NCBI GenBank assembly: GCA_964187785.1
Contig: OZ076409.1
Span: 7,690,001-7,754,000 of the forward strand
Direction of reading: 5' to 3'
DNA from: Amphiscolops sp. MND2022
Lineage: Eukaryota
Length of the DNA stretch: 64,000 nucleotides
The notes beneath the pieces were generated by a model. It was not told where the DNA came from. It was given only the letters and a program-made list of their open reading frames with translations, and searched no databases. The stretch's first letter is position 1. Every line of letters begins with the position of its first letter. This document shows, piece after piece, positions 39,602-51,158 of the stretch. Made by a program: the position numbers and the translations under genes.

Positions 39602-42032
39602 ACTCCTGTCACACGAACCCGTCCGGCAGTTGGATGTGCCCCTCTCAGCCACATGGCTTGAACTATGATGTTTTCCCAGCATCCCTACCAACCCAAGGCA
39701 CAGTTGCCTTCTGCATCAATTGCGGCCGTACCGAGCACTCGGCGTCGGAATGCATGGCCCCGGAGCACATGAGCCACGAAGAGCAAATCCGTGCAGCGTG
39801 GTATGCTCCTTCGCCAAGTCAGTTCGACGGCCTGGGCCAAGACGACCAGGTCCGGGTAATATCGATAGCGGAAGATGGAGGCCCCTCCCGACCGGTGGTA
39901 GTCACCTGTGGCGAGAAGCAGGTACTCACCACGCTGGAGGCACCCACCCCAGATTGCACAGAAACACTTATCTCGATACACCTACTTCTCTCGGCCGAGC
40001 AGAAGTCGCGGCCCACACTGACCTTTACGAAGCTGAAAGAGGAGTTATGCAGAAACGTGAAATATACGATCGCCGCGCGACAGCTTCCGCATTTTGCAAG
40101 GGAAGACGAAACGAAACTGGCCCCAATACAGAAAGTCAAAACTATCTCTCCGGTGCCGGTAGTCATCAACGTCGACGGTGTAGACATGAAGTTCGACGCT
40201 ATCGTAGTCCTAGAAGGTCACTTCCCTCAGGGATTGTACTTGGGCCCCCAGGAGTTGCGGTGTTACAACATCGGGGTGCAAGATGCCCAGGGGGAGGCTC
40301 GCATAGATGAACGGGCATCCTTGGTGGTTGCCTTTGGCAACACGATCCAGGAGCCAATACCCTTGTACGGGATGGTTGACACCGGCTCGGGTGTTTCCAT
40401 CCTCTCCCTCAAGGCCTATCAAAAGATTGCAGCAGCCCACACCTTGAGCCTCCTGCCTTATGACATCCAGCTGTATGCTGCCAATGGCAAAACGATCAAC
40501 ACCATCGGCATTGCCGAAGATGTCAGCTTCCAGTTGGGCGGACATACCCTTCGAACCAACTTTATAGTCATTTCCGATCACCTAGGTGCGGAGGACTTTT
40601 TGCTCGGCAGAAACTTCTTGCGCACTTACAACGTCCTCGTGGACTTGACGGCCATGAGGGTCACCATACGAGACCCCAAAGCGCCACGCCACTTCAAACC
40701 CGTCCATGAGGTAAGTGACCACGAGCCATCCTTAGTGATATCCACCGAAAAGGTAGTCCTAGGCCCCTATGAGCGTAAGCTGGTGCGAGCCCATATTATT
40801 TCTCAAAAGCACAATGAGTACCACTTCCGGAACGTAATGATTCGCCCCCTGGGGGTGCATAAACGGTGCCCCTTTGTTTCAGAAGATACATTGACGTCTG
40901 TTGGAGACGAGGGCATTGTTTTCATAGCCGTACGAAACACTGCCGCCTTCGAAAACGTAACTATTCGAACCAAAACTGTCCTTGGTAAGGCAGAACCTAC
41001 AAACTTTGTGTTGCAACCTGTGGCTGCCGATACGGCAACCGAAATTGATAAATCTTTGTTTGAACAAGTTAATAGAGTTTATACAGATGAGTGGTTGAGC
41101 GAAACGAGTTCGGAATTCAGTTCTTTTGCTCAAAACTTTTTGTCCTCTACTGAGATGTCCGAGGAAGGGTTGTCGGAAAGTGAGAAGCATGCTAGGACAG
41201 ACCCACAGTTACTAAAACCTATACCAGGTCCAGACCTCTCTTCCGTCCTTTCTTCATGGGGGGAGGGGCGAGAGATCAACTAGCAAGCGTCTTGAGTGAG
41301 TACGATGATCTTTTCATGAAGCACAAGGCTGACATAGGGAGATGCAAAATAGCGAAACATCGCATAGAACTAGAGCCAGAGGCTATCTCGCACAGAGAAG
41401 GCGCTCGGCGCATGTCCCCTGATAAGGCGGCGAAGGCCAACCAAGAGGTGCAGAACTTGTTGGCCCTTGTCCTAATTCAACCCTCCTACTCGCCGTGGGC
41501 AAGCGGGATATTCATGGTCAAGAAGAAAACAGGCGAACTTCGCTTCTGCTGTGACTTCCGGCCGCTCAACGACGTGACGGTCAAGGACGCGTTCCCATTG
41601 CCCAGGATCGATGAAAGTCTATCCCGGATTGGCAATGCGAAGATCTTTACAAGTATCGACCTAGCGTGGGCCTTCTGGCAGATACCGCTAAAGAAACGCG
41701 ATAGGAGGAAAACGGCGTTTGCCTGCGAACTGGGCTTATTCGAATGGCAGCGCATGCCCTTTGGGATGTGCAACGCTTCAGCCACATTCCAGCGCTCCAT
41801 TACGCGAGCCCTGCAACGGATCCAGCAGCGACACGGGAGTGTCGTCATGGCTTACATTGACGACATCGTCATCGCCACGGAAACCATAGAAGAACATATC
41901 GCACGAATCACTCCGAGAGGCTGGATTCAAGATGCGTGCCGAGAAATGCGACTTCATGCGCACGGAGACAAAGTACCTGGGACGGGTGGTATCCTCAGAA
42001 GGCATCAAGCCAGACCCCGAGGCAGTGATTAA
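39520..42032 (+). pseudogene. pol: Element C pol 5' part (second knuckle, protease, dUTPase-like insert, RT), with frameshifts near 39570, 41265 and 41910
   Basis: CINCGRTEHSASEC; MVDTGSG...LLGRNFL protease; RT motifs FCCDFRPLN, FPLPRID, IDLAWAFWQI, MPFG and YIDD. Confidence 0.93.
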
Positions 42033-45000
42033 AATCCAGGAATGGATGCCCTCGAGAAGCAGAGAGGAGCTTCAGAGCTTCCTGGGGTTCGCGAACTACT
42101 ACCGGGACTTTGTGCCGTTTCATGCAGCCAAGGTGCAACCCCTGCAGGAGTTGCTCAAGAAGAATCAGCATTTTCACTGGGAAGTGAAACACCAAGAGGC
42201 CTTCGATGCCGCGAAAGAGGCCCTAGCAAACGCGCCCGCTTTGGCAGCCCCAAACGAAGACGGACGGTTCGTGCTCGATACCGATGCTAGCGCGGTAGCA
42301 ATAGCTGGAATCCTGCACCAGGAACAAGAACACAATGGGAAAACCGTCCTACGGCCAATAGTCTTCGGAAGCAAGTCCCTGACCAAGACGCAACTGAATT
42401 ATGGAGCGCCCAAGTTGGAAATGTATGCAGTGTTTTACTTCATCGAGAAGTTCCATTCGTACCTCGCAGGCCGAGAGTTCACGCTCCGCGTGGACAACCA
42501 GGCCCTATCATGGCTTAAAACATACTCCATGGACCAAGCCATGATAGGCCGCTGGATAGCGCGTCTGGATCAGTACAACTTCAAGACGATCCACCGACCT
42601 CGCGCGCAGCACCGGAATGTGGACGGCCTCAGCAAACGGACTAACGACTATGTGCACCGAGAGAAAATCCTTGAGAAGTTGCCGGAAGTGAGCGAGGGGT
42701 TCAACTTCATGACCCAGAAGGACTATGAAGCGCTCCCCGCCGTGCCATACTTCGATAAACACGGACGCCTGATACCAGACCACCCCGAGCTTCCACCGGA
42801 AGCTCGAGCCCAACTCCCACTACTGTATATCTTGGGGAAGGGGCCCAAAAGGAGCTTGCAAGAGCCCTCGGCGAGTGATGCCCCGTGGTACCCTCAAGTA
42901 CAGTGGGAAACGACGCCCACCATCGATGAGGATCACCGACCAAATCACATCCTCAGCATCGCAACCGGAGTGCCACCGGCACGCCTAGACACTGGAGAAC
43001 CTGACCCTGCGCTTGAAGGGATGCCACCCGAGTGCCAAAGACAAGCCCATGCCCTCAGGACTGTCGGGACAGAGCTGCAAGAACACTTTCTAACTAGGCG
43101 CGGCCTCAAAGATCTGCACTTAGCGCAGAGTAGGGACGTGCACCTCTTGGCGCTGAGGAAACTCATGAAAGGCGAACCATTGGAGGACGCCATGTTCCCC
43201 GAAGACGTGCAGGACTTCGCTCGGCGCTACTTCCACCAAAAGAAAGACCTGCTCTTCCTGAATCCGGACGACAACCTCTGCGTCAACTACGTTCCGCAAA
43301 AGCGTGCGCTGCACGTGCGACCGTGCATGATAGTCATGCCCCAACTATACCAACACGAGATCTTGTATAGGGCGCACGACGAATCGGGACATCAGGGCGT
43401 AGGGAAGGTGCTAGCAAGAGTACAAGAGCGGCACACTTGGCCGGGCATCAAGCGTGACATAGTCAATCACATTAAGCACTGCCTAACCTGCCAGCAAACC
43501 AAACACCCTGCCGGAAACCCCTGCTACCCCCTGCAGAACATCAACAGCAGCAACTTCAACGACCTGGTGCAATTTGACCATCTGAAACTGTGCAAAACCG
43601 AGTCGGGTAACACCGGTCTCTTGGTCATAATAGACCACTTCACGAAATTCGCCGAGGCTATCCCGTGTGCCCACGACGAATATGATGCCCAAACCACTGC
43701 CAAGATTATCCTCAATAAATGGTTTGCTAGGCACGGCACTCCAGCCCGTATGCAGTCGGACAATGCCACGAATTTCACAGCTGAAATCGCGCAGGAGTTA
43801 ATGAAGGCATCACAGGTGACAAAGGTGACATCCACACCGGCGCATCCCCGAGGAAATGGACTTGTGGAGAGACAGAACCGAACACTGCTTACGCTGCTCC
43901 GAGTCTACACGTCGCGGCGAATGCAGGATTGGGACGAGCACATCGATGGAATCCTTGGTGCCTACAACTCTACTAGGCATGCCACCACGGGTTTCTCTCC
44001 CTACATTCTCCAACATGGAGCCGAAAAGTCCATTCCCTTGTCATTCATCTACCCGGAGTTTGCTGCGCGAGGATTCAACTCCAAGGAAGAATTCGTAGAA
44101 CACCTTCTAGCCAGGCAACAAGAAATCCATGAACTAGTTAGAAGAAACACGCACCAAGCACAGCTAAGGCAAAAGCTAAAGTTTGACCGCCACCTCAAGG
44201 CCAAAGCGCACGCCGTAGGCGATGCGGTGTGGGTGTTCTGCCATATCATACCCAAGGGTGGCACCCGCAAGCTGATCCGCGCATGGCGTGGACCCCACAA
44301 GGTGACTGATGTGTTGCAGGACGGACGACTATATGTGCTGGACACCGGTCAAAAGGTCCATTACGAAAGATTGAAAAGACACGTGCCCGCCCCCTGGGAC
44401 TGGGCTGCACACCAGCCCTTTGGGCTGGACCAGAATGTAGCCATTATTGCCGATCCGTACGTAGAGGAAAGCAACGAGGAGATAACATCGGACATCTCTC
44501 GAGACTCTTTCCTACCAGAACAACTTCCGGAAGCGTCGTTCGAAATGGAGCCGACAGGATCGGTCCCACCCCGCACCATTCAGACTCGTACGCAAACGGC
44601 CCTCGAGCAAGGAATACCCCGAAGAAGATTCAGCCACTTCGGATATCCCTCCGACTCGGACTCAGAAAGGGAAGAGAATGAACCGACGGTCCAGAACCCA
44701 GCACCGCCAGCGGTGTTCCCCGACCTGGACGACCTAGAGCCACTGTACTCCGACCAGGAGGAAGTTCAGCCAGCCGCACCTCCAAGTCTGATACCATCTC
44801 CCTCAGGGACCTCGGCCCCGCTACTATCTAATCCGTCTCTGACGGATACCCTAAGCAACTTTCCCCTGTTTGGCCCCCGATCGGAGGACCCAATCAGTCC
44901 CGTGGAAATAAAACCACCGTCAGGAACCGAGGGCGAGGAGGAGATGGTCCATCGAAGTCCAGTCCAGTGCTCAACACAACCCGGTACCACCAACCGCAGA

Positions 45001-46713
45001 GGACGGCCTCGAGGCCGACCACCAGGTCGAGGACGACCCCGCGCCATACCATCCAGTAAGACCACAACATCTTCGCGAACACAAACCACGCGATCCAGAA
45101 GAGGCCCTAGGACAAGGGTAAGCACTCGTACACCCCCTCGAATACTGGACCGAGCCATGACTCTACCAGAGATACCCGAGACCCAATCACCACCGGAAAA
45201 CCAGAACTCTGAGCTGGGACCGTCATCGCAAACATTACGATATCAACTGCGAGCTAATAGAGCACCGCGGTACAAGTGTGGAACCTGTGGTTCCCGCAAC
45301 TGTAGTTGCGTCAAGCGACTGGCCTGCGACTCGCCGGACCACCGATTGGCCCGGGGAGCGGTCATCCCTGCAAGGGAACTGTCAATGGCCAGGGCACCAT
45401 ATCATCCACAACAGGAGATCCTGACCGTGCAAGCCCAGCGAGAAAAAGTTGAGACCCCTCCGCTGGTACACCACCTAGTCATCACGGTAGAGAAAACATT
45501 CACTAGTGTAGAGCGAGAAGTGATACCACCGCTGGAAGAAACGCTCAGAGCAATGCACGCGACATCTCCCTCCGACTGCCCCACTTACCGATTCAAGGAG
45601 TGGACACCACCTCACCGAGGCGGTCTGGAGTTCACTCTCCATGCCATCATACCGCCCTTGCCACCCTCAATAACGTTCGGCGAGCTAGCGGAAGAGGATA
45701 GCAGCCCGGAGATGGTTCGCTGTATCACCGCACACCAACTGTGGGAGAAATACCGCATTGCCTCCCCGCCGGGAGATATATACCAGCCCACCAAAGGATG
45801 GTGGCTACTCATCACCTCTCTCGACGCAACGACGTTGGTGTCTCACAAAACGCTGTTGATGTGCTTAGAGAGCTTGCGCACTGTAACGGAACCTGAGAGT
45901 ACACTCTGTTTCCACCTGGCCGACATCCATCGCGGCAAGTTCCTAAGCCAACATTGGCTACAATTGATTGCGGTCATCTTCTGCCGACAGGCGAAGATAT
46001 ACTTCTTGGATCGGCAATCTTATACGCCGGAAAAAACTGTCACGGTCAACGAAGCACTCTCCATAGCACACGATTGGTCATCCACCAACATGGGAGGTAG
46101 ACCGCTACGCCGCACCGTCTGGGAGGACCGCAAAGCGATCTTACAGCATCTAGCACCCCAACCTGATGGTGACCAGAGCAATACCACTGGTAAATGGCTC
46201 ATAACTCAGCCCAAGACCAGGCCGAACTACCTACCTTGGATAACTTATGCCAATACAGATATCCTGCAGGCCCCTGGCACTGTGATACTGTGTTGCCCTG
46301 CAGATTTGCTCTCCTACTCTGCCACCACCCGTTATGTTATTCGCGAATACGGTCAGGAAAACATATTTCGCCTAAGGCCGGCAGTTGGCACCGCAATTCG
46401 TTTAGTCCGCTCGCCAACTGCACCTTGGAATAACGAAATTTTCCTTCTATGTACCCGAGCATCGAATAAACACCCACTCTTACATGAAGTACTCCATGCG
46501 TGTTTGACGAATTTGATACTCCAGCTCCATCGAAACCGAATTACCAGAATCCACTTGCCCATGTATGATCCCGAGCGGTCGATGAACCTCCTACCAGCCT
46601 GGTACGCCACGCTACGCGATCACTTTGCAGACCAGAATATTGCGATAATCTTGCACGATCGCGTCTATGTCTCGATAGCATCGGTGACGTCAGTCGATTT
46701 TGGCAGTAGTTAG
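41932..46713 (+). CDS. pol: Element C pol 3' part: RT thumb, RNase H, integrase, disordered linker, Cys cluster, tandem macrodomain-like module
   Basis: 1593-aa open frame. LDTDAS RNase H; H-x4-H/CLTC zinc finger; DDE core (FDH, SDN, ERQNR); WRGPH; then ~780 further residues. Confidence 0.93.
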   Translation: MRAEKCDFMRTETKYLGRVVSSEGIKPDPEAVIKIQEWMPSRSREELQSFLGFANYYRDFVPFHAAKVQPLQELLKKNQHFHWEVKHQEAFDAAKEALANAPALAAPNEDGRFVLDTDASAVAIAGILHQEQEHNGKTVLRPIVFGSKSLTKTQLNYGAPKLEMYAVFYFIEKFHSYLAGREFTLRVDNQALSWLKTYSMDQAMIGRWIARLDQYNFKTIHRPRAQHRNVDGLSKRTNDYVHREKILEKLPEVSEGFNFMTQKDYEALPAVPYFDKHGRLIPDHPELPPEARAQLPLLYILGKGPKRSLQEPSASDAPWYPQVQWETTPTIDEDHRPNHILSIATGVPPARLDTGEPDPALEGMPPECQRQAHALRTVGTELQEHFLTRRGLKDLHLAQSRDVHLLALRKLMKGEPLEDAMFPEDVQDFARRYFHQKKDLLFLNPDDNLCVNYVPQKRALHVRPCMIVMPQLYQHEILYRAHDESGHQGVGKVLARVQERHTWPGIKRDIVNHIKHCLTCQQTKHPAGNPCYPLQNINSSNFNDLVQFDHLKLCKTESGNTGLLVIIDHFTKFAEAIPCAHDEYDAQTTAKIILNKWFARHGTPARMQSDNATNFTAEIAQELMKASQVTKVTSTPAHPRGNGLVERQNRTLLTLLRVYTSRRMQDWDEHIDGILGAYNSTRHATTGFSPYILQHGAEKSIPLSFIYPEFAARGFNSKEEFVEHLLARQQEIHELVRRNTHQAQLRQKLKFDRHLKAKAHAVGDAVWVFCHIIPKGGTRKLIRAWRGPHKVTDVLQDGRLYVLDTGQKVHYERLKRHVPAPWDWAAHQPFGLDQNVAIIADPYVEESNEEITSDISRDSFLPEQLPEASFEMEPTGSVPPRTIQTRTQTALEQGIPRRRFSHFGYPSDSDSEREENEPTVQNPAPPAVFPDLDDLEPLYSDQEEVQPAAPPSLIPSPSGTSAPLLSNPSLTDTLSNFPLFGPRSEDPISPVEIKPPSGTEGEEEMVHRSPVQCSTQPGTTNRRGRPRGRPPGRGRPRAIPSSKTTTSSRTQTTRSRRGPRTRVSTRTPPRILDRAMTLPEIPETQSPPENQNSELGPSSQTLRYQLRANRAPRYKCGTCGSRNCSCVKRLACDSPDHRLARGAVIPARELSMARAPYHPQQEILTVQAQREKVETPPLVHHLVITVEKTFTSVEREVIPPLEETLRAMHATSPSDCPTYRFKEWTPPHRGGLEFTLHAIIPPLPPSITFGELAEEDSSPEMVRCITAHQLWEKYRIASPPGDIYQPTKGWWLLITSLDATTLVSHKTLLMCLESLRTVTEPESTLCFHLADIHRGKFLSQHWLQLIAVIFCRQAKIYFLDRQSYTPEKTVTVNEALSIAHDWSSTNMGGRPLRRTVWEDRKAILQHLAPQPDGDQSNTTGKWLITQPKTRPNYLPWITYANTDILQAPGTVILCCPADLLSYSATTRYVIREYGQENIFRLRPAVGTAIRLVRSPTAPWNNEIFLLCTRASNKHPLLHEVLHACLTNLILQLHRNRITRIHLPMYDPERSMNLLPAWYATLRDHFADQNIAIILHDRVYVSIASVTSVDFGSS
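45667..46659 (+). other. Two tandem TARG1/OARD1 (Poa1p-like) macrodomains at the Pol C-terminus (~45667-46011 and ~46240-46659)
   Basis: ITYANTDIL / ILCCPADL / VIREYG / VGTAI / IFLLCTR / HEVLHACLTNL / RITRIHLP / LRDHFADQNIAIILH follow, in order, the recalled TARG1 motifs ITYVKGDLF / AHCISED / FKKKFG / SGEVA / IYYLITK / YENLQKSLEAM / GVTDLSMP / IEEVFEATDIKITV. The first copy is more degenerate. Confidence 0.72.
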
Positions 46714-47044
46714 GAACACGTTTCGCTCTTTTCTTGGCAAATCAGGCCACTGGCCTTTTGTATTGCCTTTTGTAACTTGGAAAGCACTTTAGGTTTTAAC
46801 AAAAATGCACCGGTGAGTGCAAGTTTTAGTAATAACCACATGAACTTTTTAGCCTAATGTTTTGTGTGTTCGTCCTAAAAAGTTTGAGTGACCATCCGTT
46901 TGCGTGACGTTTTAACCCCAACTGTGACCTGTTTTTCAGTTTTGTCCTGTTGCTTCGCCTCTGCGCGGCTTCCCCAGTTATCACACCAAATCAGTCTTGC
47001 CATCACAATCTTCGGTGCTAAACACTCCTTTATCATCATTTCCA

Positions 47045-50000
47045 ATGGACGCATCTGCGCGAAACCGCCTGCCTGCACCCCAAAACGCTGCGCGTGCCCA
47101 ACAAACCACAAGGAGCGATGCACCTCCAATGATGAGCGAAATAGATGGTCGAGTCGACCAGCTAGCTCTCGTTCAAGACACTCTACTAAACGGAGCGACA
47201 CCCACAATGATCGCTGGCTTTGCCATGATCATCGCCCAAATCCAAGCCCAGGCGGCGTACCCTGATGTCAGTCTCACCATCACCAGCCGGGTCGGCCCGA
47301 TAGAGCGCCCTGCCATCTTTCGCGATGGTGCCTGGCACGGGTACGACTTGACCCACAGCCTGATTGATCCCCGCTCCCACTTAGTCTTTGGAGAGCCTAC
47401 TAGGCCTCCCATGGACCAGGAGCGATCACTGCGCATTTCGCAATCGGCAGTGCAGACACCAACTACAACCCCGTTGCCCTCACCACACCCTGTACGATTC
47501 AGCTGCACACTGCCAATGGTGCCACCCCCAGTGCTAACACCGCCCATGCCTCTGGCATCGGACGGCATCCGACTACTGACAACCCAGACATCCAACTTCA
47601 TGCTTCCATCTGCCTTTCAGGGGGAAGGGGTGCAAGTAGGCAACACAACAAGCACCACCCTGAGCGAGGAACAGCCCAGAGAGAGCCGCCCCGCGAGAAC
47701 AGTGACGTTTAAGGACTCGTATGAAGAATTGATCCAGTCGTCCTCCAGAACCGAACCACAAGTCTCGGAACCAGCCAGCCTAGTAGGCTTCCAGATGGAC
47801 CCACAATTGCGAGAACGCCAACGAGATCAGCAGAAAGCTGAGAGCAAGGCGGCCAGCACCGTGGTAGACCTCCGGGAGAAGATTAACGCTGGAAAGCGAG
47901 CTAGAGAGGCGGCCGAACAGGCTGGGCAATCGAGCTCGACCACTACCCCGCAACCCCCCGCTGCATCGCCCACACAACCAGAGGCCAGGAGACCGAGAGT
48001 AACGCGCGAGCTCCTCACACATGCAGAAAAACGGCAGCTGGACATCACTGCACGCGACGCACTGCGTCTCCAGCGGGAAGTGCCAACCACAACGTCAGCA
48101 GAAGACCCACTACGACAGAAGTTCGAGGTCGCTACTGGAACAGGGGACCTCGCCACTAGGCAGAAAATAGAGAAAGCCACAGTGGGAGTACTCTACAATC
48201 GCCCCGTCAAGAAACCCGTGTTCACTCGGGACGGATGCCCCCCATGGTTCAACCGCATGCGGGCAGAACTGGAGAGAAAGAACTCAACGTACATGCGTGT
48301 TCCCGACAGCTTCCTCCGACAGCGCCCTGGCCGCTTTGACGAAGACCGCCTGCGAACCAAGAACTATGCGCGGAACCCTGTTACAATCTTGCCCATGGAA
48401 AAGGACCTCCTACAGAAAACTAGGATAGCCTTCTTCGTCGACTCGACGATGAAGTCTTCCTTCAATTCCCACAACACCCTCATGGATGTCAGAATACTGA
48501 ATATGCCTTGTACCACACTGAATGAGATGGCAGAGGTGACTGACAAAATGTTCACCCAAGCGGGAGCAGAGACCATCCCACTTCCTCCGTTGTTGGTGTA
48601 TTCGAACGTGATAGACCACCTCGCTGTGCGGGGCACCCTGGAATTCTTCCGGCCGGACCATGAGAGGTTCACCGAGGGGTTCGTCACTGACGAGGTAACT
48701 AACTATGTGGAGACCATGGCCAACATTGTCCAAGCCATGCGCAGAAAGAAAGCCACAACTGGGACGGTGTTTATGTCACCTCCAGGCTACGTATACCTTC
48801 CCCGGACCCTTCAACAATTCTTGTACTTAGTGACGGAGGCCGCATATGCAAGAGATCTGCCTTTCTACATTGTGGCGCCCAACCTACGCATCAATAACAA
48901 TAGTTGGCGTCCCTGCGAAGCCTCATACCCGGCCTTCATCGCCGAAGTCCCCAAGGCCCTCCAGTCATACGTTGGTTACCGCGGCAATTCCCAAATGATA
49001 ATATATGAGGCCACAGCGTTCGACTATGGCATGGAAAGGCCCGTCGATCAATGAACGAGCGCGGAGACCGGGTAGTAAATGACCCAAACGAGAACGAGCG
49101 TGATAACCTGGTGGATAACCTCTGGTTTGAACGCCGGGATGAATCCACCCTGGATGAAAAGACGCACGAACCCAAATTCCACAAAGAACTCACGAGCCTG
49201 ATGAAGAAAACTGAAACGATTCAAGGCGATTGGAAGAACTCGTCCATCTTCCCTATAGCGCAAGTGTCGTTGGACGCTGAACCTGGGCTAAGATCACCCG
49301 CCTTAGCCATGCTGTCAATACTGGCCCAAGATATCGTACGAAGGAATACTCGAGAGCCAACACACACGTACCAAACATGGCACGACCAACTGCGGGAACC
49401 TCTAAGCCAAGTCGCGGAGCGGCTAGGCATACCATTTCCTGTGTTCCTTCATAACATCTCTCCCTTCTGGCTTCCCTCCTAGTACAGGCCGAGTAAGGCC
49501 TAGATGAGCAGCGGATGCGCTTGTACATGGACGCCATGGAAAGAGCCACCATCAGCGAAATGCTAGCATATTTGATGGCCGTGGGGTTGACTATGATGTA
49601 CCGAGGACCGTCATCCCTCATACAGAAACTCGTGCTTAACAAAGGAGGCTCAGCCCTGTTCAGCTTCTTGGTCTTTTCGCAATATTAAAGGAGCTGGATA
49701 TATGCGCTCATTGAAACTCTGGACCCGGTGGGTTCCTTGAAGTTGAAAGCGCAACTAGATTTGAACATTCAAGCTCTCCTGGTGTGGATTTATTCCACCT
49801 GGGTCAATGTTGCTGGCATCATGCATCCTCTGGATGAGTGCCCGGCTATCAACCGAGACCCCAGTCAGCTTCCAGGGTTCCTGTTCCCGACACAAATGGC
49901 AACATTGATGCTCGTGGAAACAGAGGACCTGATCCCACTCATCGCTCCTGTAATCTGGCCCATCTTCGTCGCAGTTATGGCCTTGCGGTATCCCACGCAG

Positions 50001-51158
50001 GGCTTGCGAGTGGCTGCAGTAGCCCCATCGCTCTCAATTCTGCACTTCGTGACCTCCAATGGGCCCCTTCAGGGTCCCACCTATCAATCAATAATTCGCA
50101 GCTTCGCCAACTTGCGACCTCCCATGGCATACACCATAATCAAAGACCGCCAGCAGGTGGAGCACAACTACCTAATGATGATCAAAGCGCGAGCACGCAG
50201 CTCGCTCCCACTGCCAATGGAAATCCACCCGGTCGCTTGGCTACATGCCCCCCTTAACCCAAACAATGGAACAGTGGCAACTTTTGATGGGTGGGACGTG
50301 CCAGTTGTCTTGCGCATCTTGAGCACGATTATCCAAAGATTGGGTGGTCGCCGGAAAGGAGAGGAGCCCACTGGGTTGTTATATCCCTATGCATGCGACA
50401 TTTCCAGGGTATACTGTGCGAGAGCGGAGCCCCGTGATCATACCGCCAGAATTCTAAATACCATCACGTGCTGGGCCCAGCCGGAGCTCGTAGACCTCGC
50501 CATCCACCAGACTTTTCAACAGCTGCTAACGACTGTTCCAACTGTAGCGAGAGAACCCAACAGGAAGGACCTGCCCGTGAGCACAGACGTTCCCAGTAAC
50601 CCGCGCATTGCGCTAGAGATATTCATGCGCCTGCATGGTCTCCAGCGAGAACAGACTCGAGCTGTAGGAGAAGAGTACGCTAGGGGAATACAAACATTCA
50701 AGCAGCTATTCACCCAGCATGGTCATCAAGAACTGGCGGACGGACTGCCAAACCTGGAGCCAACCGAAGCTATCCCGGGAATTAGCGGGTTGGGCGAAGC
50801 TGCCTCTGACAGCCCCCAGACCGTCCCTCCCACATCCCACCTCACTCAAGACACCGATGAGTCATTGATGGAAGGGGTACAAGACGATATCTCAAACGTC
50901 ATGCCACCATCAGAGGAGCCCATGACCGACAATAATTTCACACTCTCTGATGCCGCTACCCCTGTAAGAGACGAAGCGGAGACTGGTATCTCAAACATGG
51001 AGGCGGCGGATATAGAGTCGGAACTTAACAACCTACTGACTATGGATGAGGAATCATCGCCCCCCTCCGAGGCGCCCGATTCGGCCGTCCAAAATACAGT
51101 GAACACCATGGCCAGCACTTCCACGCAGGAAGCCCCACAAGATCAGCTGTTGGAGTAA
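47045..51158 (+). pseudogene. Element C ORF3 (~1370 aa when repaired) with a central degenerate SGNH/GDSL-hydrolase-like domain
   Basis: ORFs 46997-49054, 49051-49482 and 49728-51158 join across two frameshifts and two stops. SGNH-like blocks IAFFVDS, ILNMPCTT, PLLVYSNVIDHL, VFMSPP and RPCEASY at ~48420-48960. Acidic disordered tail. Confidence 0.7.

Noticed and set aside
47045..51158. ORF3 of element C as a classical env
   Set aside because: No N-terminal signal peptide, no Cys-rich ectodomain and no C-terminal anchor layout.
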